DNA of 64,000 nucleotides, taken from NCBI GenBank assembly GCA_963749655.1, contig CAVVOB010000028.1:256001-320000 (forward strand). The letters are read 5' to 3'. Each line of letters opens with the position of its first letter. Within the stretch, counting starts at the first letter, position 1. The notes beneath the pieces are model-generated. The model searched no databases, was not told the origin of the DNA, and saw nothing but the letters and a program-made list of their open reading frames with translations. This document shows positions 10,601-20,674 of this stretch, in pieces. Made by a program: the position numbers and the translations under genes. Origin of the DNA: Nitrospirota bacterium. Lineage in GTDB: Bacteria; Nitrospirota; UBA9217.

Positions 10601-11624
10601 TCACTCCGCACTCCTCACTCCTCACATCCGCACTGTCCTTGACGAGGACATGCGCGTTCTCCGCGACATCTGGGAAGAGACGAGCCACCAGCTCGATCTC
10701 CTGCAGCGAAACCCGGAAAACATCGGGACGAGCGGAAGAACATCTATGACCGGAAAGGACCGTCCTTCAGCCTTTCCTTCAACCCGAAGCAGACAGCCGA
10801 TGATCTCCTCTGCAGCCCTTCGAAACCGAAGGTTGCCGTCATCCGCGAGGAAGGAAGCAACGGGGACCGTGAGATGGTCTCGGCCTTCTTACCTGGCCGG
10901 GTTCGAGCCCTGGGACGTGACCGTGACCGACCTGCTCGACGGCCGCATCAAGCTCGACCAGTTCCGCGGCGTTGTCTTCGTGGGCGGATTCAGTTATGCC
11001 GACGTGCTCGATTCCGCCAAGGGCTGGGCAGCCTCCATCCGGTTCAACAAAAAGGTCTGGGACCAGTTCGAGAAGTTCTATCACCGCCCGGACACCTTCA
11101 GCCTCGGCGTGTGCAACGGCTGCCAGCTCATGGCGCTTCTGGGCTGGGTGCCCTGGCGCGGCATCGAGGACCAGCTTCCAGCCGCGCTTCATCCACAACA
11201 AGTCGGGAAGATTCGAGTCCCGCTTCTCGACCGTGAAGATCCTGAAGAGCCCGTCCATCATGCTCTCGGGAATGGAAAAGTCCGTGCTCGGCATCTGGGT
11301 GGCCCACGGCGAAGGCCTGGCCTATTTCCCGGACAAGAAGATGTTCAGGGAATGCGAGCACGGCCTGGCGCCGGTCCGATACGTCGATGACGATTCAAAG
11401 ATCACCGAAGCCTATCCCTTCAATCCCAACGGCTCGCCCGCAGGCATTGCCGGCCTCTGCTCCCCTGACGGACGCCACCTCGCCATGATGCCTCACCCCG
11501 AGCGCGCGGTGCTCAACTTGGCAGTGGGGCTGGATGCCCGAGGAGCTCAAAAAGATCCCTCGACGCTTCGCCCTGGCTCAGGATGTTCCAGAATGCCCGG
11601 GAGTGGTGTCAGAGAAACAAGTAA
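7657..11624 (+). CDS. purL: Large single-chain phosphoribosylformylglycinamidine synthase, split by about ten frameshifts
   Basis: EVGPRMNFTTAWS, QSNSEHSRHWFF, AETHNFP, GAETGTGGRIRD, IHDQGAGG, DGGKDSLSM, GHDRSDGG, GGFSYADVL, GVCNGCQ, MMPHPER across successive frames. Confidence 0.93.
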
Positions 11625-11711
11625 GCAGTTCTACGACAGGGAACGACGGCAGATGCAGGAGTCTCGATGACGGAGATCGTTATCCGGGAAGTCACGAAGA
11701 AAGGAGCGGCA

Positions 11712-12095
11712 ATGCCTCTCGTACGAATTTCATTGATGCAGGGAAAGCCGGAGGGTTTCGGCAAAAAGGTAGGCGAGATCGTGTACCGCGCCATGACCGA
11801 GACGCTGAATGTTCCCCCGAAGGACAATTTTCAGATCATTACCGAACACGACAGCAACTCGCTCATTTACGACCCCGCGTACCTCGACATCCCGCGCACC
11901 GACGGCGTGGTCTTCATCCAGATCACGCTCAATGAAGGCAGGACCGTTGATCTCAAAAAAACATTCTACCGGGTAACAGCCGACCGTCTGAACAAGGAGC
12001 TCGGCATCCGGCCGGGGGACGTCCTCATCAGCCTCGTTGAAGTGAAGAAGGAGAACTGGTCCTTCGGAAACGGCATCGCCCAGTACGCTTCATGA
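11712..12095 (+). CDS. Tautomerase family protein (4-OT/MSAD-like)
   Basis: MPLVRISL with catalytic Pro1, DNFQIITEH, ENWSFGNG; RBS AAGGAG. Confidence 0.88.
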   Translation: MPLVRISLMQGKPEGFGKKVGEIVYRAMTETLNVPPKDNFQIITEHDSNSLIYDPAYLDIPRTDGVVFIQITLNEGRTVDLKKTFYRVTADRLNKELGIRPGDVLISLVEVKKENWSFGNGIAQYAS

Positions 12096-12355
12096 ACAAT
12101 AAACGGCTCGGCCTCGCCTTTCCCTGTTCCTTTCCCATCAAGGTCATGGGGCTCAATACCGATGCCTTCTCGTCGGCAGTATATGCTGCCGTGAACAGAC
12201 ACCTCGAGCAGGGCCGCTATACCGTCGAATCCAAGCTCAGCAGCGGCAGCAAATATCTCTCCCTGACGATAACCTTCACGGCCCAAAGCAAAGAGCAGCT
12301 CGATGCCATCTATGAAGAACTGAACGCAAGGGAAGAAGTCTTAATGACGCTTTAA
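12092..12355 (+). CDS. DUF493/YbeD family protein
   Basis: FPCSFPIKVMG, SSGSKYLSLTIT, QLDAIYEEL. Confidence 0.88.
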   Translation: MNNKRLGLAFPCSFPIKVMGLNTDAFSSAVYAAVNRHLEQGRYTVESKLSSGSKYLSLTITFTAQSKEQLDAIYEELNAREEVLMTL

Positions 12356-12584
12356 CCCGGGAAACATCCCCGGTCCGCCCGGCGAAAAATTTCTCTCCCT
12401 CAGGCCGATACTCCTCTCAATCACAAGGCAACTGCATTAATACCTCGCGCCTTGCGATACTATTCGGTTCCTGCTCCACAACGAGTCCCGTTTCCGACTC
12501 CTGACACTCCTCTCCCGGAACCGGCCCCTGATCATGCACCTTTGCTATTGACTTCGTCAGGTGTTCTGGATATATTTCGAATAA

Positions 12585-13385
12585 ATGATGACCATCACTG
12601 AAATCGACGTCGTGCGGGCTTGCCAGACGCTTTTCGGAAAAGAAATCAATATCAGCAGAGATTTTCTTTTTTACATGCAGCCCAGCGGCGTCAAGTCCGC
12701 CTACCGCAGGAAAGCCAAGGAAACCCACCCCGATCTGTACGCAGCCGATCCTCTTGATATTCAGCAGAAACAAACCGTTCTGTTCCGTGAAGTACTGGGC
12801 GCTTACGACGTCCTGAGCCTTTTCTTCAAGCAGCGTGAAGAAGGGGGCTGGAAGCATGTCAAGGCGCGTCCGGCAGCGCCAATACGGCCCCGGACCGAGC
12901 GGCGCACTAAATCGCGGCCGGAATCCGCTTCAAGCGGCAAAGGGGACGAGACGTACTACCATGGCAGCGTCCCTTTCCGCAGGCTTCAGGTCGGGCAGTA
13001 CCTCTACTACCGCGGAATGATCTCCTTCGGCGCGCTGATCGATGCGCTGGTGTGGCAGCGCAAGCAGCGGCCCACGATCGGCGATATCGCGATTCGCTGG
13101 GGGTGGCTCGACAGCGAGCGCATCAAGAAATTGTTTGCCGCCACGGACATGCCGCGGCGCTTTGGAGAAAAGGCGGTCGAGCTCGGCTTCCTTACCGTCT
13201 TTCAGGTGAATACCATCCTCATGTACCAGCGCACGCAGCAGATCAGGCTGGGGAACTACTTCATCGAGAAAGCTATTCTTACGACCGAGCAGCTCGACCA
13301 GCTGGTACGCGATCTCCATGAACACAATGCCGCGGTTTTTACCCGCATAAAGCCATCGAAAGACCGCCGCCCGTCCTTTGTCTGA
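12585..13385 (+). CDS. J-domain protein with C-terminal MshEN-like repeats
   Basis: VKSAYRRKAKETHPD (HPD motif); repeated (R/Q)xGxx(L/A/F)xxxG(L/F/M/W) segments. Confidence 0.75.
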   Translation: MMTITEIDVVRACQTLFGKEINISRDFLFYMQPSGVKSAYRRKAKETHPDLYAADPLDIQQKQTVLFREVLGAYDVLSLFFKQREEGGWKHVKARPAAPIRPRTERRTKSRPESASSGKGDETYYHGSVPFRRLQVGQYLYYRGMISFGALIDALVWQRKQRPTIGDIAIRWGWLDSERIKKLFAATDMPRRFGEKAVELGFLTVFQVNTILMYQRTQQIRLGNYFIEKAILTTEQLDQLVRDLHEHNAAVFTRIKPSKDRRPSFV

Positions 13386-13401
13386 ACCTTGCCGCTGTAC
13401 C

Positions 13402-14067
13402 CTACTCGAATGCGAATTGATTGATAACGCCCGGGGGGTTCACAGCTTCCTTTCCCGCCCGGGGAATCAACCTGCTCTGCTCCAGGTGAAGCACGATCGC
13501 TTCAACGCACTCCTTGATGGACAAAAGGTCCGTGCGCAGGTGCAGTTCGGGCTTCTCGGGCTCCTCGTAGGGAGCACTGATACCCGTGAAGTCCTTGATG
13601 ATGCCCGCCCTGGCCTTCTTGTACGCGCCTTTGGGATCGCGCGACTCGCATGTTTCCACCGGGCAATCGACGAAGACCTCGATGAACGAATCCTCTCCGC
13701 AGGTCTTCCGGGCGAGAAGACGGTCGCTGCGGTAAGGGGATATGAACGCAGTGAGATTGATGATGCCGCAGTCGGTGAAGAGCCTTGCGACTTCGCCGAT
13801 CCTTCGGATGTTCTCGGTGCGGTCTTCGGGGCTGAAGCCGAGGTTCCGGTTCAGTCCGTGCCGGATGTTGTCTCCGTCCAGGATATAGGTATGCATGCCC
13901 CGTGTGTGGAGCGCGGCCTCGGTCGCAACGGCAAGGGTCGACTTGCCTGATGCCGACAGGCCCGTGAACCAGACGGTGAACCCGCGATGGCCTTTCAGGA
14001 GCTCCCGCTCCCTGCGGCCCACTACTCCGTGATGCCAGACTATATGCGTTGTATTCTGCTCATCCAT
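13402..14067 (-). CDS. cysC: Adenylyl-sulfate kinase
   Basis: [52 protein letters not shown]. Confidence 0.96.
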   Translation of the reverse strand: MDEQNTTHIVWHHGVVGRRERELLKGHRGFTVWFTGLSASGKSTLAVATEAALHTRGMHTYILDGDNIRHGLNRNLGFSPEDRTENIRRIGEVARLFTDCGIINLTAFISPYRSDRLLARKTCGEDSFIEVFVDCPVETCESRDPKGAYKKARAGIIKDFTGISAPYEEPEKPELHLRTDLLSIKECVEAIVLHLEQSRLIPRAGKEAVNPPGVINQFAFE

Positions 14068-14183
14068 TCGTGCCTCCTTCTTGTGGTATCCCCTTGTTGA
14101 AGCCGGTCTAGGTCCTATTCCGAATTTACCTTTGCCTTGGCGATATTGTCTATATAGTTAGTAGGCATTACGTTCAAAAAAAA

Positions 14184-14591
14184 TCATGCTTTCAGCAGGT
14201 CGGCAAAGGTCGTCGCTTCCAGGAGGCGCGAGGTGTAGTCACGGATGTTCTTCATGAGCTTGGTCAACGATTTGCTCTGCTCGATCGGCGTGGAGTGATA
14301 ATAATGCCTGCTCACCGATCCGACAGGCGCAAGCGCCCCGTCCATAAGCCGGACGATCTCGGCCACCGACACCTCCCCGGGCTGCTTGATCAGTTCGTAT
14401 CCGCCGTCGGCGCCCCGCTTGCTTCGAATGTAGCCTGCTTTATTCAATAGGAGCAGGATGTGCTCGAGGTATTTCCGGGGGATCTTCTTTCTTCGAGCGA
14501 TATCATCCGTCTTCACCAGACCGGCATCATAATGTTCCGCCAGATCGAGCAAAGCCAGACAGGCATATTCGCTCTTGGTCGTCAATTTCAT
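14184..14591 (-). CDS. Rrf2-family regulator, CymR-like (no Fe-S cysteine triad)
   Basis: MKLTTKSEYA, YLEHIL, SKRGADGGY; adjacent to cysC. Confidence 0.88.
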   Translation of the reverse strand: MKLTTKSEYACLALLDLAEHYDAGLVKTDDIARRKKIPRKYLEHILLLLNKAGYIRSKRGADGGYELIKQPGEVSVAEIVRLMDGALAPVGSVSRHYYHSTPIEQSKSLTKLMKNIRDYTSRLLEATTFADLLKA

Positions 14592-14816
14592 GGTTTAATT
14601 ATACTAATTAGGTAGGCTTTGTCAAGATTGAAGATCGCCGGCACTACAAAGCTTGAAAGACATCAGGAGAAAAGGAAGGAACGGGTGGCGGGGAGCATCC
14701 GGAATATTCGCTTCCGGTTCGATCCATACAAGACCAAGGCAGCTGATCAGGTGACTGCGGGATATTCTTGGCGGGTCTCTCCCGGACAACACTCTCTGCG
14801 GACGCTTCTGCCGTCA

Positions 14817-15551
14817 CTATTCGAGAGCGACCGAAAAGCTGCCCGGATAACCGTGATCAGCAAATTCCTGCTCCGCATGCTCCGCGGTCTTCAGGGAAGA
14901 ATATTTTCCTGCATAAACGCGATAGAAGATGTCGCCGCTGATCTCGGTCCGGTGAACTTCCGAGAATCCGTACAGCTTTCGCATTTCGCGGGACAGCTTT
15001 TCGGCATTGCCGGGATCCTTGAACGAACCTACTTGCACGGAGTAATTACCTGCGTCGTAGCTGTCCAGGGCCCGGTACTCGTCCGTGCCGCTGCCGCGGT
15101 AACCGAGCGCCTCGATCCTGACCGGCGCTGTTCCGGCCACATCAACGCCCAGTTTCTTTGCGGCGGAATAGGACAGGTCGATGATCCGGCCCTTTACAAA
15201 GGGGCCGCGGTCATTGACGCGCACGACCACCTCCCGCCCGTTGTCCCTGTTCCGCACCTTTACGAATACCCCGAGCGGAAGCGTCTTGTGCGCCGCGGTC
15301 ATGGCGTGCATATCGTACACTTCGCCGTTGCTCGTCTTCTTTCCATGAAAATCCCTGCCGTACCAGCTCGCAACGCCGGTCTGCACAAAGCCCTCATGGC
15401 TCGCGAGCGGCTCGTACCGCTTGCCGTCTACAACGTAGGGCTTTTGCGACGGTCTCGACGCGGGCCGAACGCCGCCTTTAGGCGGCCTCTTCGGTCCGCA
15501 TGCCGTCACAACGAGCAAACAGCAGAGCAGTATGATGAGCCGGTTTATCAT
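14817..15551 (-). CDS. rlpA: Septal ring lytic transglycosylase RlpA with SPOR domain (lipoprotein)
   Basis: Lipobox VVTAC, GVASWYG, TAAHKTLP, RVNDRGPF, IIDLSY, VQVGSF. Confidence 0.93.
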   Translation of the reverse strand: MINRLIILLCCLLVVTACGPKRPPKGGVRPASRPSQKPYVVDGKRYEPLASHEGFVQTGVASWYGRDFHGKKTSNGEVYDMHAMTAAHKTLPLGVFVKVRNRDNGREVVVRVNDRGPFVKGRIIDLSYSAAKKLGVDVAGTAPVRIEALGYRGSGTDEYRALDSYDAGNYSVQVGSFKDPGNAEKLSREMRKLYGFSEVHRTEISGDIFYRVYAGKYSSLKTAEHAEQEFADHGYPGSFSVALE

Positions 15552-15718
15552 GACCCTTGCTTTTAGTGCATTTCTCCTGTTATGATGACAATCAAACGGA
15601 TGCCCGGTATAAAGCGAATAATACAAAGTATTGTTCGGCAGATCAACACAAAAAGGGTGCATTCGCGATCTTGATGCAGGGCCGCAGCAGCAGGCCCGAA
15701 CGCAGGTATGATTTGGAT

Positions 15719-17347
15719 ATGAGCCCCTCTGAGAACAGCCGTGAATCCGTCAGGGTCTTTCGCAGCGTCGGTCCCCTGGCAGCCGACGAAACGCGTTCCC
15801 TTCTCGCGAAGTTCCGCATCGCCCTGCCTGACCGTCCTGGCTCCCTTGCCGGATTCGCGTCCGCCATTGCCCAGGCCGGCGGCAACATTTCTTTTTTCCA
15901 CTACGACCGCTCCATTGACAGCAGCCGCGTTGCCGTCGAGGTCAGGCTCGAAGACGAGCCGTCTCTCGCCGAGCTCCTGTCATCGCTTAAGGACAAACAG
16001 TACCATGTCGAAGCGGAGGGGGCGCTGCAGGACGACATTCTTGTTACCGCGGCCGAGAGCGTCCTTGAAATCAAGGTCAGACTCGTGAACGAGCCGGGCT
16101 CCCTGGCCGCCTTTGCCCGGCTCCTGGCAACGCACGACGCGAACGTCATCTATATGCTCTATGACGAGGACATCGACGCCGGCTCGGCGGACATCGCCCT
16201 GGCTACTGCGAGCCCGCAGGAGATCGACCTCCTGCTGCGCGCCGTGAACGAAAAGGGATATCATTACCGCGTCGTGTACCGCGGCAGCGACGAGCAGGCC
16301 GCGGCCGACATCATCGGTCTCAAGCTGATCGAGAAGTTCTTCCTCCGGCTGAAATCGCTGCTCTCCTCCGCTGATGTGGCAGAGATCAAGTCCCTGGTCG
16401 AGTCCTCCCGGGACCTGCAGCAGGACCTTGCCCGGTTCGCGGCCGAGGCCGGGAACCATCTCGAGGCCGGCGACGTGTTCGAGACCGTGCTCACTTTCGC
16501 GTCCCGCTCGCGGAGCAGGACCGGCAGCAACTTCTCGGCCGCGGAAATGAAGCCGATCAAGCTTCCCGGAGGCGTGGACCTTCTCGGCTTCCGCCTGCCC
16601 ACGAGCGAAAACTTCTATCTCTTCCGCGAAACAGACGGCGCACTCACCATGATCGATGCAGGCCACGGCATCTACTACGCCGACATCAAGCGGCTCCTGT
16701 CGTCCCGCGGCATGGACCCCGCTCGGGTAACAAGAATCTTCGTGACCCACCCTGATACGGACCACATCGGCGCTGCAGGCTACTTCGAACGCGAGTACGG
16801 CACCGAGGTCTACCTGCACAGCGGAAGCGCGGATGTTATCGCGAACATGAACCGGGCGTACGGAGCTGCCGGCGGCCTGCTGAACCTGAACAAATACTAC
16901 ACAAGGCTGTCTGCGCGGTTCACCGAGTGCCTGTTCCCCGCGAGCCCCCGGTATTTCAAGGCCGCAGACGGTCCTGCCTTCGGCGCCTTTCCGGTCATCG
17001 ACGCCTTTGACCTCGGACCGTTGACGTTCGACGTGCTCGAAAGCCACGGAGGCCATACGCCGGGGCTGGTCTTCTTCCTCAACAGGCAGTGCGGCCTGCT
17101 CTTCACCTCGGATTTCCTGCTGAACGTGAAAAGCCTTACCCCCGAGGACAAGGAGCATCTGGGAATCTACCGCTACCTTTTGACCAGCCCGAACCGCGAT
17201 TCAAGGGTATACCGGAAAGAGACCGCAGACCTGCGGGAAATGATGTCCGCTCTGGATAAAAAGATGCGGCAGGAAAAGGGCGGCGAAGCAAGGATCTTTC
17301 CGGGCCACGGCGATTACTACGCTGTTCAGGAGCTGCAGGAGCCGTAA
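15719..17347 (+). CDS. Tandem ACT-domain plus metallo-beta-lactamase-fold protein
   Basis: LPDRPGSLA..A..GGNI and NEPGSLA..L...ANV (ACT); IDAG, THPDTDH, GHTPG, FTSD, FPGHG (MBL). Confidence 0.8.
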   Translation: MSPSENSRESVRVFRSVGPLAADETRSLLAKFRIALPDRPGSLAGFASAIAQAGGNISFFHYDRSIDSSRVAVEVRLEDEPSLAELLSSLKDKQYHVEAEGALQDDILVTAAESVLEIKVRLVNEPGSLAAFARLLATHDANVIYMLYDEDIDAGSADIALATASPQEIDLLLRAVNEKGYHYRVVYRGSDEQAAADIIGLKLIEKFFLRLKSLLSSADVAEIKSLVESSRDLQQDLARFAAEAGNHLEAGDVFETVLTFASRSRSRTGSNFSAAEMKPIKLPGGVDLLGFRLPTSENFYLFRETDGALTMIDAGHGIYYADIKRLLSSRGMDPARVTRIFVTHPDTDHIGAAGYFEREYGTEVYLHSGSADVIANMNRAYGAAGGLLNLNKYYTRLSARFTECLFPASPRYFKAADGPAFGAFPVIDAFDLGPLTFDVLESHGGHTPGLVFFLNRQCGLLFTSDFLLNVKSLTPEDKEHLGIYRYLLTSPNRDSRVYRKETADLREMMSALDKKMRQEKGGEARIFPGHGDYYAVQELQEP

Positions 17348-17354
17348 GCCGCCC

Positions 17355-18314
17355 TCAGCTCCGCCCTGGACCTGGCATAATGCCGTCACGGTAATGATCG
17401 GGCTCCGGATGGATGCGCTCCATGATCCCGGGAGAAAAAATGCGGTCCCGGATGATATCTCCGGTCATGTAGCCGCGCTCTTTCAGGACAGGCACGAACT
17501 TCATGGTTGAAGCAATATACTCCTCGGTAAGCTTGGCGCAGTACCGCGGTGAGAGGGACAGGGTGTCGAGGACAAAATCCCTGTCCACGACCGAGACATA
17601 CTCGGCGATCGTTCGCGCTGCTTCGGCTGGCTCATGGCGGATGAATGCCGTTGCCTCCTCGTGCAGTTTGAGGAACCCCTCCACTGCCGCTCCCGCCTTC
17701 TGCAGAAAACCCCTGTCCGCAACGATTCCATAGCTCGGATTGTCAGGCCAGAGCTGCGAAGGAGGAATAAGGGTCTTTCCTCTGGCAAAGCGTTCGACCG
17801 CTACCGCAAGGGCGGGAGTGCCGAAGGCCGCTGCGACCTCGTCATGCACCACGGCTTCCGTCACTAGGTCGGCCCAGGGATAATTCACGACTGCAATCGC
17901 ATCAGCGAGCCCGCATTGCTGAACGAGATCTCTCAGGATGACGTCGTGGATCGAGCCCCTGCCGGGGACGCCGATCCTGAGCCCCCGAAACTGCTCGAGC
18001 ACCCTGCCGAGATCGCGCGTGTCGGCATAACCGAGCAGGTGAGACTTGCCGGCCATGACCGTTCCTTCCATATGGCCGCCTGCCACGCAGACCACATCGA
18101 TGCCCCGGGCCATGCCGATCATCGCAGGAGGAAGCCCGATATAGGCCAGATCCAGCTCGCCCTGCTGAAACGCCTGCATGATCGCCGGACCGGTGCCGAA
18201 GAGCCGCCATTCGACCTCGGCCCCAAGACGCGAAGACGCTTGTGCTTGGGCCATCAGCACGATCGCCGTGTGGTAAAACGTGGAAAGATGTCCGATCCGA
18301 ATCTTCATGGCCAT
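17355..18314 (-). CDS. NitT/TauT/SsuA-family ABC substrate-binding protein (orphan)
   Basis: FGTGPAIMQAF..GELDLAYIGLPP, IGVPGRGSIHD. Confidence 0.8.
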   Translation of the reverse strand: MAMKIRIGHLSTFYHTAIVLMAQAQASSRLGAEVEWRLFGTGPAIMQAFQQGELDLAYIGLPPAMIGMARGIDVVCVAGGHMEGTVMAGKSHLLGYADTRDLGRVLEQFRGLRIGVPGRGSIHDVILRDLVQQCGLADAIAVVNYPWADLVTEAVVHDEVAAAFGTPALAVAVERFARGKTLIPPSQLWPDNPSYGIVADRGFLQKAGAAVEGFLKLHEEATAFIRHEPAEAARTIAEYVSVVDRDFVLDTLSLSPRYCAKLTEEYIASTMKFVPVLKERGYMTGDIIRDRIFSPGIMERIHPEPDHYRDGIMPGPGRS

Positions 18315-18488
18315 TATCAGTCCCTGAACGAGATATCCTCATAATAGTCGCCACAACCCCAAGAGTCAAGCCCTGCTGCAGCACGCTCCTCATTCCGCCA
18401 TTTACAATCCAGATCAATCCGCATTATGAATTACGGACCCCTTTCCTGTTGCCGGTCATGAAGTGCTGTGTTACTATATAGAAACGCC

Positions 18489-20518
18489 ATGAAAATCATG
18501 CTCGACAAGGACAGTTCGGAGCTGCTCAGGACGCTCGACGTGTTGGGAATGCCCGCGTTCATCGTGGACCGCCAGTGGACCGTCCTGTCGTGCAACGACA
18601 GCGTCCATGCCTTTTTCGAATACGACCGCTCCGATCTCATCGGACGAAGCCTTGAAAAATTCATCACCCTCGACAGTATTCTCCGCGAACGCGCGGCAGC
18701 CGGGTCGTCGCCGGCCGTGGAAGCCGCGCTTGACGGCGAATCGTCGTCGTCCCTCCGTTCGTTCTGCTTCCGGAAGAACAGCAGCCCGGCCCTGTCCCGC
18801 ATCGCCATCATTCCCAACCGCCGCCACCGGCCCGACCGCATGATCGTCGTGGTCCGCGACGCTTCGAGCCAGACGATCCAGTCCGCAGAGCCCGCGCCTG
18901 CCCCCCCGCGGGAAAGCGCTGCGCAGGGGGAGCTCATCAATGAGCTCTCGGGCATCATCAATTCCAGCCTGAGCATCGGGACCATCTTCCGCATGGTCGT
19001 GTCCGAGCTCCGGAAGATAATGCACTACAGCAGGGCCAGCCTGCTTCTGTACAGTGAAAAGGACGACAATCTCATGATCTTCGCCCTGGACACGGACATG
19101 AAGACGGTGATGAAAAAGGGGTGAAGGCCCCCATCGAGGGCACCAGCGCGGGATGGGTCGTCCGGAACAACAGGCCCTGGATCAGCTATGACCTGCAGGA
19201 GACGGCCTTTGCTCTCGACCGGAAGCTCCTTGCCGAGGGCATCCGCTCGACCATCAGCATTCCCCTGTTCCACGACCGCATGCTGGGGGTCTTCAACTTC
19301 GACAGCACCGCGCCTTCGCAGTACTCGGAAAAGGACTTCGACATCCTGCTGCCCGTGGCCAAGCAGATCGCCATCGCCCTCGAAAACGCCCTGCTCTTTG
19401 AAGAGATCTCCCGGGAAAAAAAGGAATGGGAGCGGACCTTCGATGCGATCACTGACCTGGTCTGGATCGAGGACGGCCGGCAGCGCGTGATACGCGCGAA
19501 CCACGCCCTTCTTGCAAGGACCGGCTTTTCCAAGGTTGAGCTCAGCGACAAGCTCTGCGCCGAACTGCTGGACAGGATCGGCATCGCCGTACCAGGCCCC
19601 TGCCTCTGCTCCGAAACGCTGTCCTGCAAGAGGCCGTCGTTCCAGGAGCTGAAGAGCAATACAGGCGGGATCTTCCATTTCTGGGCTTATCCGCTCATCG
19701 ACGAGGAAGGCAGCCTCTACGCCATCGTCCATTACCTCAAGGACGTGACGTCGCAGAAGCGCATCGAGCAGCAGCTCATCCGCACGGACAAGCTCGCCTC
19801 CCTCGGCACGCTCGTCGCAGGCGTCGCGCACGAGATCAACAATCCCCTGGGAATCATCGCCGGCTACGCCGAAGCGCTCCTGGACCGGGCCGGCGACGCC
19901 GATCTTGCGCGGGTCAAAGCGTTCGAGGATTTCCCCGAATACCTGAGGACCATCCACAGCGAGATCTTCCGGTGCAAAGGCATCCTGAAAAGCCTGCTCG
20001 AGTTCGCCCGGCCGTCGGGCGGGACTTTCCGCGAGATCGACATCAACGAGCTGATCAAGGAAGTGCTGCTCCTGCTCCAGCACCGGACGTCCCGCCTGAA
20101 GCACTCCCTCGCGTTGGACCTGAACCGCGATCTGCCCAAGATCTATGCCGATGCCGGGAGCCTTCGCCAGCTCCTGATGAACCTCCTGCTGAATGCCATC
20201 TACTTCACGCCCGAAGGCGGAAGCATCTTCATCAGGACCGCTCTCGACGACGGCATTCCGGACGCCAGGTTCGACGGCTGCCCGAGCAGGGTCCGTCTCT
20301 CCGTGACCGACACCGGCGCCGGAATACCGGGGGACCTGATCGCCCGTGTCTTCGACCCCTTTTTCACGACCAAGCCCGTGGGTGAAGGCACCGGCCTGGG
20401 CCTCACCATCTGCCACCGCATCGTGGAGGAGCACGGCGGCGCCATCGACGTGGAAAGCGAGCCCGGCAAGGGCGCAACCTTCCTCATCACGCTGCCGTCG
20501 ATCGAGTGCAGGGAGTGA
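18489..20518 (+). CDS. PAS-GAF-PAS sensor histidine kinase; frameshift at about 19115-19121
   Basis: KLASLGTLVAGVAHEINNPL, QLLMNLLLNA, DTGAGI, FDPFFTTK..GTGLGL. Confidence 0.9.
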
Positions 20519-20674
20519 TACGAAGTAAGATTGCATGGTCAAACACGCGTGTCACCGCGGAGGTCGACCGGGGACGCAGCTGACGAAATTGCTGAAGGGT
20601 TACCTCTGCGATTTCTCGTGCTCTGCGGTACGAAGTCGATGTGTTTTGATGTTGGTGAAACGAAGCGCCTTACT

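Noticed and set aside
19110-19124. Programmed frameshift at AAAAAGGGG in the histidine kinase
   Set aside because: Indistinguishable from the many homopolymer indels in this assembly.
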